Positions 7,297-15,474 of a DNA stretch of 24,000 nucleotides are shown in pieces. The stretch is taken from assembly GCF_013265555.1 (NCBI RefSeq), contig NZ_CP041345.1, forward strand, positions 766,581-790,580. The letters run 5' to 3'. This stretch comes from Tenuifilum thalassicum. GTDB taxonomy: Bacteria; Bacteroidota; Bacteroidia; Bacteroidales; Tenuifilaceae. Every line of letters starts with the position of its first letter. The stretch's first letter is position 1. The notes below the pieces were generated by a model that was not told the origin of the DNA, searched no databases, and saw only the letters and a list, made by a program, of their open reading frames with translations. The position numbers were made by a program, and so were the translations under genes.

Positions 7297-8808
7297 TTAA
7301 ATTACTTTTATTGCTTTCCATCCTAAAGTTTTTTTCTTTTTGTTATAGGATAAAATAGCCATACCCTTTAACAGTTGTCCATCATTTAGATTATTTTTTT
7401 TAATAATTATTGGTTCAACAAAGATGTTTTCAATGAAACCAAAGTTTTGTGATGGGTTTATTTTAAGTTTTCCTTCAAAACTCTTTAATGCATCACATGG
7501 TATATCAGCGTCAACTTTTTTTGCTGACAGAATGTTATAATATCCATCCCTGCCATTTCCATTAAAACGAACCTTTAAAAGGTCCCCAATTTGAGGATTG
7601 GAAATGTAATCTGAATACCTAAAAAAACCATATTTGTTTTTATCCTTCACAAAATTCAGTATTTTCTTGTTTTCATTTACAAACTCGACTACAACCAATT
7701 CTTCAGGTACATCCTGAAACAATATTTCCTCTGCTTTCTTGATGTGAATTGAATACAAATCTTGGTTGTCATTTTTAGCTGAGGCAGATTTATACCACTC
7801 TTGTTCTGTCCATTGCGCTATTTGGTTCGGCAGCTTCCATTCGTGTTTCTCTCTTGCTTCTATAATTTTCTGGATTTCCGTTTTTGCTTCATTGTACATT
7901 TGCTTTTCTATGAGCAATTCGGCAAATGTTTGACGAAGTTTAACCAAAAAGTCTTCAGGCGTTTTCAGACTCAATGCTTTGCAGTAGCAAGCAAATTTGA
8001 TATTTTTGTCATAAGAGAAAATTTCTGCCATCAGTTCCCAAACCCAAAATTCATTTCTTTTTTGTTTCGCAAAAGGCAAAAATGCGGACAAAACATTTTC
8101 ATCGCTACCTAATGATAATAGGAGTTTTGCTTTGAAATATGGGGGATATTGATACTCTGGATGTTTTTCTATCAAAGAATCAAGTTTGGGCAAAAATGAT
8201 TGAATCTTTTCCTTATCAATCACTCTTTCTTGTCCAAAAGGATCCAGGGGTTCCCCCTCTAAAAGTTTCTTTGAGTAGGCGATATACGCCTGTTCAGCAA
8301 TAGACATTATTTTTTTTCTATTGTATTCTTCTTTTAAATAGTCTTCGGAGCGAAGGTTATTTAAATCCCACCAGTCAGCAAACTCTAAATACTTTGACCA
8401 GTTTTGATAGCCTTTGTGAAAAGCTTTATAAATAAATGAATATGCTTCTGATGGCTTGGAGAAATGAAAGTCTCTGATAATTTCAAACAACTCATTGATT
8501 TTGTCATAATCAACATGCTCTGTTTTCTGTAATGCAAAAACCAAACTGCCGATTTGCCATGCACAATTGTCAAACACCATTTTTTCATCTTCCGGCAATT
8601 GCAAATTTTTTAGCTTAATGAGATTATCCTTGAAGACCTCATACGAATCCGGTTGAGCATTTTTTTTGAGATAGTCATAATACACCCATGCAGCTGCCCG
8701 CTTGTTCCAGATGTTTTCGGGTTCTGCTTCCAAAGCTTGATTTGCCATTTGCAAAGCTTCATCAAGCTTTCCCGCTTGTCGTAGTTCTTTGATTTCTCTA
8801 AATGACAT
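7297..8808 (-). CDS. TPR-like repeat protein with two C-terminal cold-shock/S1-like OB-fold modules
   Basis: 503 aa. The N-terminus has helical TPR-like repeats (GKLDEALQMANQALEAEPENIWNKRAAAWVYYDY...). The C-terminus reads ...NKYGFFRYSDYISNPQIGDLLKVRFNGNGRDGYYNILSAKKV and ...FEGKLKINPSQNFGFIENIFVEPIIIKKNNLNDGQLLKGMAILSYNKKKKTLGWKAIKV, which follows the CSD pattern G..k...GFGFI...diFV....l..Gq.v. Its start overlaps the helicase stop by 11 nt. Confidence 0.7.
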   Translation of the reverse strand: MSFREIKELRQAGKLDEALQMANQALEAEPENIWNKRAAAWVYYDYLKKNAQPDSYEVFKDNLIKLKNLQLPEDEKMVFDNCAWQIGSLVFALQKTEHVDYDKINELFEIIRDFHFSKPSEAYSFIYKAFHKGYQNWSKYLEFADWWDLNNLRSEDYLKEEYNRKKIMSIAEQAYIAYSKKLLEGEPLDPFGQERVIDKEKIQSFLPKLDSLIEKHPEYQYPPYFKAKLLLSLGSDENVLSAFLPFAKQKRNEFWVWELMAEIFSYDKNIKFACYCKALSLKTPEDFLVKLRQTFAELLIEKQMYNEAKTEIQKIIEAREKHEWKLPNQIAQWTEQEWYKSASAKNDNQDLYSIHIKKAEEILFQDVPEELVVVEFVNENKKILNFVKDKNKYGFFRYSDYISNPQIGDLLKVRFNGNGRDGYYNILSAKKVDADIPCDALKSFEGKLKINPSQNFGFIENIFVEPIIIKKNNLNDGQLLKGMAILSYNKKKKTLGWKAIKVI

Positions 8809-11005
8809 AGTCAGCTTCTTTTAGGTGGTTTACAATAGATTTGATTTTAGCAAGAAGTTCGGGTGAGTTACATTTCTTTTCTAGTGGAAGCACGCGCCCA
8901 AAAAAACCTGCCTTATCGTATTCAAAGTCAATTACGCAAGACTGTTCATGGTTTTTTATAGTATACCTTTCACGGTATTCGAGATGCTGAATGTTGGAAA
9001 TGACTTCACCGTTTGATAAACCTCGGCTAATAAAATCGAAAAGATTTTTCAAGAATGGCTTTTCTTCTTCAATTGCTATATCAAATTCTATTTGTGTTAA
9101 AATACCCTCGGCATTATTTCTATTTACTAAAATCGGAGTAGCACATTCTAATATTTTGGCGATGGTTTCAAATAATTCATCAGAGTTGGTTTGTGCAGGA
9201 AGCTTTTGAAAATTATTATTAAAAACATTCTGCCCATTAACCCAGTATTTGAAACCCGCTGTTTGTGATTCTCTTTTGAAGATATATCGTACTTCATACC
9301 CAACTTTCTGCCAAAATTTAATATTAATATTTTGCTTTCGCAAATAATACCATCTGTGAATGAAATGGTCTTGAATTGTTATTGGTTCATTTTCTAAACC
9401 AAATTTTTCAAGTTCGGGCAAAACTTCTTTAATATTTATTTCAGTATTAATATTTGTTTGTCCAGTTAAGTCATTATATGCTTGTTGAATTTTTGTATCA
9501 ACAAAACTCATCTCAGAAAAAGAAGAGAAGTATGGTGGATTAATACAGAATAACCTTTTAGAAGCACGTGTTACTGCCGTGTAGGCCCAACGGAAAAATT
9601 CAGGATTTGTCTTTCCAGTTCTATTATGTGGCGATTCATAAAAGTTAAACTTATTGTTGATCCCTTTATCCCAAAAAACAAAAGCATTTGGCCATTCACC
9701 GCCCTGGGCTTTGTGACAGGTTACGGCATAGCCATATTTTAAAAGAATGCAATTGAAATACTCATCTTTGATGATGGCTTCTTTAAATTCTTCAGTACCT
9801 TTTTTGAGGTTGGGGTGCCTTTTTTTGAAATCTACGTAAAGGGCTATTTGTTCATCAGGTGTTAAAGTATTTTCACCGTATAAGTAGTTCTCTAAGATAA
9901 ATCCGTTTATGGTTTTGGGCTGATTTTTTTCATCGGGTAAAATAAGGCCAATTTTTCTCCATGTTAATTTTACGCTTATAGTTTTACCACCTTTTGTGTA
10001 AAAACTTACATCTCTGCTTACAACCGAAGGACTTACTTCTGAAACAATAGCAAACTCACCATTCATGATACCAAGGTAGTAATTGTTTGCGCCAATAACA
10101 ACAGTATCAGATGGTTGTATTGGCAAATCATCCCCAAACTTATCTTTACGGATAACTCGGTTCAAATTAAGAGCTGTTTTGTTTTTATGGCAAATGATTA
10201 TTTTAGGTTCTTGTTGCACATTATAAGTCTCCAAAAATTCCTGATAGGAAGGATTAAAAATATCCTTCTTATTTTCTCTCAAATCAAAGTCATTGAAGTA
10301 GCCCGATGTAAGACACCGTCTTATTTTAGTGGCAGCAATCAAGATGCCATTATTGACCTCTTGACGTTTAACCTCCTTCATTTCCGCTTGAGATACAGAA
10401 ACCTTGTAGGTCTCGCTAATATAATTTGGATCAAGTGCAGGAGAGAAGTTCATTCCAATGGGAGGCAACTGAGATGGGTCTCCTATAAAAATAATTTTGT
10501 TGTTTGTTTCGCATTCTTGAATCCTACTGTAGGAAATAAGATCTCGCAACAAATGACCGCTGCCAAAGCGGAAAAACTCTCCTTGGCTCAAAATATCACT
10601 GACCATTGACGCTTCATCTATTATCAGAACCGAATCATGAACCTCCGGGTTGTTCCTGATTTTATATTGATATAAAAACGAAACATCATTTTCGTTTTCA
10701 CCTTGCTTTATTTCCTGCAACTCTTCAAAGCTGTATATGCCTTTGTGAATGGTGGTAGATTCAAAGCCTGTTTTTTGTTTGATGACTCTTGCTGCTCTGC
10801 CGGTCGGAGCCATTAATTGGTACCTTTTCTCTAAAGATTTAAGATATTCAACCAAGCCTTTGAGTAGGGTTGTTTTACCACTTCCCGCATATCCCTGAAG
10901 GATAAATATTCGCTCATCACTTTCTAAAAAAGCATGAAGCTTTTCCAACGCATTGCGTTGGTCGTTGGTGAGGTTGATATGTTGGAAATGGTTGAAGATT
11001 TTCAT
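8798..11005 (-). CDS. SF1B RecD/Dda-like DNA helicase with ~230-aa C-terminal extension
   Basis: 735 aa. Motifs seen: Walker A GYAGSGKTT, Ia APTGRAA, Walker B IIDEASMV, III IFIGDPSQLPPIG, V TCHKAQGGEW and VI YTAVTRA. There is an ATGA start/stop overlap with the upstream gene. Confidence 0.85.
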   Translation of the reverse strand: MKIFNHFQHINLTNDQRNALEKLHAFLESDERIFILQGYAGSGKTTLLKGLVEYLKSLEKRYQLMAPTGRAARVIKQKTGFESTTIHKGIYSFEELQEIKQGENENDVSFLYQYKIRNNPEVHDSVLIIDEASMVSDILSQGEFFRFGSGHLLRDLISYSRIQECETNNKIIFIGDPSQLPPIGMNFSPALDPNYISETYKVSVSQAEMKEVKRQEVNNGILIAATKIRRCLTSGYFNDFDLRENKKDIFNPSYQEFLETYNVQQEPKIIICHKNKTALNLNRVIRKDKFGDDLPIQPSDTVVIGANNYYLGIMNGEFAIVSEVSPSVVSRDVSFYTKGGKTISVKLTWRKIGLILPDEKNQPKTINGFILENYLYGENTLTPDEQIALYVDFKKRHPNLKKGTEEFKEAIIKDEYFNCILLKYGYAVTCHKAQGGEWPNAFVFWDKGINNKFNFYESPHNRTGKTNPEFFRWAYTAVTRASKRLFCINPPYFSSFSEMSFVDTKIQQAYNDLTGQTNINTEINIKEVLPELEKFGLENEPITIQDHFIHRWYYLRKQNINIKFWQKVGYEVRYIFKRESQTAGFKYWVNGQNVFNNNFQKLPAQTNSDELFETIAKILECATPILVNRNNAEGILTQIEFDIAIEEEKPFLKNLFDFISRGLSNGEVISNIQHLEYRERYTIKNHEQSCVIDFEYDKAGFFGRVLPLEKKCNSPELLAKIKSIVNHLKEADYVI

Positions 11006-12702
11006 GCAAGCAACTTTTGTATGATTTGTGAAACTTGTTCTAATAATATTTTATATCCTTCATAAAAATAAATCTTGTCGCATTCCGTTTTTAAGTTATC
11101 AGTAAGCTTTTTTTCAGAGGGATGAATAAACTCGTTCCTCCTTTTTATAGAATAATAAAGTTGCTGTACATCTTCATCTTTATATTCCAAAAGTTGAAAA
11201 CATAGCCCGGCTACTTTTTCGAATGTTGTGGGTAAATTGTTTTTGAAGTTTGGTGTGTTAGTAAATGTGTATTTATTTTTTTCTTCATCCCATCTATACT
11301 GTTTGAGTTCTTGAGGTCCTTTAATACACCATTTGTTTTCATCATTTTTAAACACGTATTCACCAGCAATTAGTTCTAAACACTTAAATAAGGATATATA
11401 TGCATAGGCAAAATCATCTTTGGAATTTGCTTTTTCATACATATTGTATGAAAGTTGTAAAATCTTAATAAGCTCTTTACCAATGTGCTTATCGAATTTT
11501 TTATTTTTTATGGCTGTTGTTAAAGATTTCGATAATTGATTTATCGATTGGTTTACAGGCTTTAAATAACTTGCCCGGTTAATAGAACCTTCAACAACCT
11601 GTTTAAGGTTCTTAATATCCTCGGCTACATTAGAATCATCTCTTTTAATAATATATCCGTTAGCACCAAGCCCTTGAACCGACTGGTAATTCCAAATCTT
11701 ATTTGAAGCAGTAGTTATAATTACTTGAATTCCCTTGTTGATTTTTTTTATTTCCTCTAATATCTTGTAACCTGTTAGCTCTTTAGGTTCTTTATTTTCT
11801 TTAAAATCTGAATCGCAAAGCCGTAAATCAAGCAGCACTACATCAGCATCTTCGCATTTCTTTATTGCACGATCAATTATTTCATTTTGACTTAAAGATT
11901 TGAACTCTACTTCCAATATATCAAATTTAATTGTATTATTATTAATGTTATTTTGTAAAAAACACCTGTAAAAATCACCCCAGCCTCTTTTGGCTTCATC
12001 GTCTATTAATAAAACTTTTCCTTTACCGTTTATTAAATATGGGGTACCTTGTTTAGTCTCTGCAACAGGATTTAGTGCTTGATAGTATTTAAAATACAGT
12101 CCCTTTTGTAAATTTTCCTTTACTTCAAGGATATTGTTATCACATTTTAAATAGGTGGACCACCTAAGTAATGCAAGCTCATTATCTATGCTATGATGAG
12201 ATTGATAATTGGCAGGAGGAGATAATTGCAGTCTCTTCAAACATTTTTCCCATTCCGTTTCAGAGATTCGGGGTTTATGCTCTTGAATCAAAATATATTC
12301 ATTTTTCAGTGCATCTCTATCTGTTTTTGCAATATGGAACACTCCAGGTGTAAATAGGATATTTCCTAATTCAGAAAGTTTAGCAATTTGATTCGGTGTT
12401 TCAATACCTATAAAGACTATTGGAACAAGATGATGTCTGAATTCTTTTGTTACCCTGATGTGAGCTGCTACTCTTAAACCGGTTAATTCAAAATAGTTTT
12501 GTTGCGAAAGCGTATAAGGGATAAATATTACATCATAAGCTTTATTCTGAAATGCTTTCGACAAAGAATCATGTAAAAATCTATCCAGTACAAAATTTGA
12601 ATTTTGTGAGGCTTGAGAATAGTCTATAGCGGATTTGTCTCCATGAAAATGATCAGTTAAACTTGTTGGTAAATTATCTCCATGGAATAAGATTGCTTTC
12701 AT
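11002..12702 (-). CDS. Pseudo-receiver + canonical receiver (REC) domain protein with C-terminal helical HEPN-like domain
   Basis: 566 aa. The canonical REC is KVLLIDDE...DVVLLDLRL...IQVIITTAS...ANGYIIK, with the D-D, D, T and K residues all present. The N-terminal ~140 aa is receiver-like without the acidic residues. The C-terminal helical region contains KRRNEFIHPS, i.e. R522-N-x3-H527 (nt 11122-11139), followed by one long terminal helix. Confidence 0.7.
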   Translation of the reverse strand: MKAILFHGDNLPTSLTDHFHGDKSAIDYSQASQNSNFVLDRFLHDSLSKAFQNKAYDVIFIPYTLSQQNYFELTGLRVAAHIRVTKEFRHHLVPIVFIGIETPNQIAKLSELGNILFTPGVFHIAKTDRDALKNEYILIQEHKPRISETEWEKCLKRLQLSPPANYQSHHSIDNELALLRWSTYLKCDNNILEVKENLQKGLYFKYYQALNPVAETKQGTPYLINGKGKVLLIDDEAKRGWGDFYRCFLQNNINNNTIKFDILEVEFKSLSQNEIIDRAIKKCEDADVVLLDLRLCDSDFKENKEPKELTGYKILEEIKKINKGIQVIITTASNKIWNYQSVQGLGANGYIIKRDDSNVAEDIKNLKQVVEGSINRASYLKPVNQSINQLSKSLTTAIKNKKFDKHIGKELIKILQLSYNMYEKANSKDDFAYAYISLFKCLELIAGEYVFKNDENKWCIKGPQELKQYRWDEEKNKYTFTNTPNFKNNLPTTFEKVAGLCFQLLEYKDEDVQQLYYSIKRRNEFIHPSEKKLTDNLKTECDKIYFYEGYKILLEQVSQIIQKLLA

Positions 12703-12807
12703 ATTTTAGCTATGATTTTATTTATTTCTTGGTTAAGTTCTTCAATTGTTTTTGAGCCAATAATGGATTCCAAACTTTCCTTAATTGGTTCTATAGCACG
12801 TGTTAAA

Positions 12808-13191
12808 TTATCCTGTAACAAAAGTTTGCCTGTATGTCATCATTATATTTAATTTCCAATTATCTCCATAGATGAGTTCTGAAATGTGTTCTATTTTATC
12901 TTCCACGTACCTGCGCAAAAATTCAGGTAAAGTATTGTTGTAAAAATCTTTTGAGTTGAGTAGGAAATACGGATATGGTTCAAAGTAGAAAAGTGACTGC
13001 CCAACACCTCCACTAAAAAAGACTAATGGCTTTCTCTTACTCTTACAATGTGAAATTACTGTGTTTATTCCACCATTAGATAAAGATGAACGATGGATAA
13101 TAATTAAGTCATAATCATTCAAAGAGGCAAATTCTTTCTTGTTGAGTTCATCGATCAATTTTCTACATTCTTCATGAAGGCATATAAACAT
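12808..13191 (-). CDS. Receiver-like (flavodoxin-fold-like) hypothetical protein; probably the central fragment of a frameshifted ~194-codon gene
   Basis: 127-aa ORF (DYDLIIIHRSSL...KPLVFFSGGVG pattern). Open fragments in the +1 shifted frames flank it at 13172-13282 and 12699-12836. Both fragments are ATGA-coupled to the neighbouring genes (see findings). Confidence 0.55.
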   Translation of the reverse strand: MFICLHEECRKLIDELNKKEFASLNDYDLIIIHRSSLSNGGINTVISHCKSKRKPLVFFSGGVGQSLFYFEPYPYFLLNSKDFYNNTLPEFLRRYVEDKIEHISELIYGDNWKLNIMMTYRQTFVTG

Positions 13192-13278
13192 TTTCTATAC
13201 TATTAATTTTCTCAATACGTTCTTTATTAAGATACTGTTCTTGCCTTCCTGGACGGTCTTCTAATAAAAGTACTTTTT

Positions 13279-15456
13279 TCATGGTAAATAGAATTTTAAT
13301 ATGTAGGTAAAGCCTTTAACTATGCAATCTTCCTTTTTTATTTCGGCAATATGGAATTGGCTGTTTTCATGAGATATTTTAACATTAGGGTATAAATATT
13401 TTAACACAAAATCACCATCAGTAAAATGAGCTGCCACTTCAAAATCACAAATACTTATGAGGGGTTTAATTACCTCTTCCAAATCACCACTAGGCTTCAT
13501 GAATTTAGAGTGCTCTGAATTTTTAAGAGGGTGTGAGCCTATGTGAATTATTTTTAATAAAATCAAATTCTGGTTAGATAATCGATTACATGAAATCTCA
13601 ACTTCACGGTTTTCTGTTCTTGTTTGTATCATTCGGAAAATCCGTCTTATGGCTTTTAATACAGGCACGGTGTAAACTGTAAACGACTCATACTTTAGAG
13701 TTTCAAGACCACTCACCTTGAATTCTCTTAATTCCTGCAATACAAGATTATTTATTTCATAATAAAAATCTCTTGTTTCTTCTCTAAATGCAATTTCTCT
13801 TTTAAACAGATTAATAATATCTCCAAAGAATCTAATTTCCTTGCCATACATTAACCTATATTTTTGATTGGCTTCTGCCGATACTAAATCATCAGAAATA
13901 GACATTTCAAAAGGTGTCTTTTTTAAAGCATGTGGTTTATTGTCATAATTTTCCACTATCCAATTAATAACACTATCTGGGTATTGCCAACCGATTTTTA
14001 TACCATATTTTCCCCATTTAAATGGAATTTCCTTCCCTTCTTTATTTGTTGATATTTTTTTTTGAAATACAAATGGGTAAATTACATTCCACCAAAGATT
14101 GGCATTATATTTCTGAAGAAAGACAAACTCTTCATATCGTGAATTAACAGCTTTAAAATAATTTTCTGTAGATGAATTACTTTCGGAATTGATATCGGGA
14201 GAAGTATCCCAAAAATGTGTAAGCCATTTCATAATTGGATCTGAAGTAAACTGCTCAAGTTTATTGATGACTAATTTTGGGTCGTGAAATATTGCTTTTT
14301 TATCTTCTGACAGCACATTAAGGTGTTCTTGGGTTCTGTTTTGTTCTATTATCTCATTATTTTCAATAGGATTTTCAGATTTAGTCAATCTATCAAACCT
14401 CTTCTTCAGCCCTTGATAGGTTGAATCCTTGAATCCCTTCACCATCTTCAGGAATTCCAATTTCCCGTCCAACACATTCACCAAATGTGCATTCATGTTT
14501 TTCACATGCCCTTTATCGGCAATGTAATCCCGTTTAAAAATCTGTTCCGCTTTTTCATAGCCATACTTTTCCCAATAGTACAGCCACATACGGATTTGCT
14601 TTATATACCTCCTGTGGACATTTACCTTTTCGTTTACAATCAATCCTGTTGCTTCCTGGCGATAACCCGCTTTTTGTAAACGTGTTTTATTAGGGTTGAT
14701 GACAAGTTTTTGATCTTCTTCAATAATTCGCTTTAGCTCCTTGATAAAATCATCATCTTTATAAATATTGTGAAGTGAAGAAAAGGTTATGTCATCTGCA
14801 TATCTAGTATATGTCGCACCAAATCGCTTGGCAAGTCCGGTTAGTCTGCGATCAAGTTTTTTGCAAAGAATATTTGTTAAAGTTGGCGATGTAGGGCTAC
14901 CCTGAGGAAGTACTGTTTTTATTTCTCCATCTACTTCTAATGGATGAGTGCAAAGACATGCTAATAGAAAAGCCAAAGATTCTTTGTCTCCTTTTAGGTT
15001 AAATGGCTCATACATAAAACCTATCTTCACCCTATTTCGGTCAAATGAATGAAAAAAATCTTTTAAATCAATATTATAGACATAATTTTGCCCTAAATGT
15101 TTTTTTGCATTATCGACAATTGATTTATTCAAAACAAATCCTGTAGCGGCTTTATGCGGTTCATAAATACACTGCAGTACAAAATTGAGAACCCGAAGAA
15201 TAGACTTTAACCCACTTACTGGTGAATGAATTATCCTGTCTTCACCAGACTTTTTCTTTATGGTAAAAGTCTGATAACGTTTTTTACACAGGTCAGGATT
15301 CGCATAATAAGTCAAGGACTTTTTTTGAAAAGGCATGCTATTTTCACCATAAAGCATTTTTTTTGCATTGTTAAGCAACTTCAATAAATCGTCTTTGCTT
15401 TGCATTTCTGCAAATTGCTTTCTTAATTGCTCTATGTGAACTTTATCTACTTTCAT
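13279..15456 (-). CDS. Retron-type reverse transcriptase with ~350-aa uncharacterised C-terminal extension
   Basis: 725 aa. RT motifs seen: KKKSGEDRIIHSP, NAKKH (retron NAxxH), NIDLKDFFHS, LPQGSPTSPTLTN, YADD (nt 14791-14802), NPNKTR, and RQEATGLIVNEKVNV (position of the retron VTG motif). I see no maturase/endonuclease or DGR-type motifs. Confidence 0.9.
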   Translation of the reverse strand: MKVDKVHIEQLRKQFAEMQSKDDLLKLLNNAKKMLYGENSMPFQKKSLTYYANPDLCKKRYQTFTIKKKSGEDRIIHSPVSGLKSILRVLNFVLQCIYEPHKAATGFVLNKSIVDNAKKHLGQNYVYNIDLKDFFHSFDRNRVKIGFMYEPFNLKGDKESLAFLLACLCTHPLEVDGEIKTVLPQGSPTSPTLTNILCKKLDRRLTGLAKRFGATYTRYADDITFSSLHNIYKDDDFIKELKRIIEEDQKLVINPNKTRLQKAGYRQEATGLIVNEKVNVHRRYIKQIRMWLYYWEKYGYEKAEQIFKRDYIADKGHVKNMNAHLVNVLDGKLEFLKMVKGFKDSTYQGLKKRFDRLTKSENPIENNEIIEQNRTQEHLNVLSEDKKAIFHDPKLVINKLEQFTSDPIMKWLTHFWDTSPDINSESNSSTENYFKAVNSRYEEFVFLQKYNANLWWNVIYPFVFQKKISTNKEGKEIPFKWGKYGIKIGWQYPDSVINWIVENYDNKPHALKKTPFEMSISDDLVSAEANQKYRLMYGKEIRFFGDIINLFKREIAFREETRDFYYEINNLVLQELREFKVSGLETLKYESFTVYTVPVLKAIRRIFRMIQTRTENREVEISCNRLSNQNLILLKIIHIGSHPLKNSEHSKFMKPSGDLEEVIKPLISICDFEVAAHFTDGDFVLKYLYPNVKISHENSQFHIAEIKKEDCIVKGFTYILKFYLP

Positions 15457-15474
15457 ATCAAATTATTTGAAAGA

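Noticed and set aside
7801-14679. Track ORFs 7801-8112, 8385-8588, 8991-9209, 10115-10609, 12171-12353 and 14485-14679, inside the RT operon
   Set aside because: All are antisense or alternate-frame ORFs nested in long motif-bearing genes. AT-rich DNA yields few of them, and none has recognisable features.
13279-15456. RT as a group II intron maturase, DGR RT or CRISPR-associated RT
   Set aside because: - There are no intron RNA domains or an endonuclease/maturase tail.
- There is no DGR-type motif (the QGSPTSP motif and NAxxH are retron-like), and no TR/VR repeat pair or Avd-like gene nearby.
- No cas1/cas2 is present, and the CRISPR-like repeats are 11 kb away on the other side of unrelated genes.
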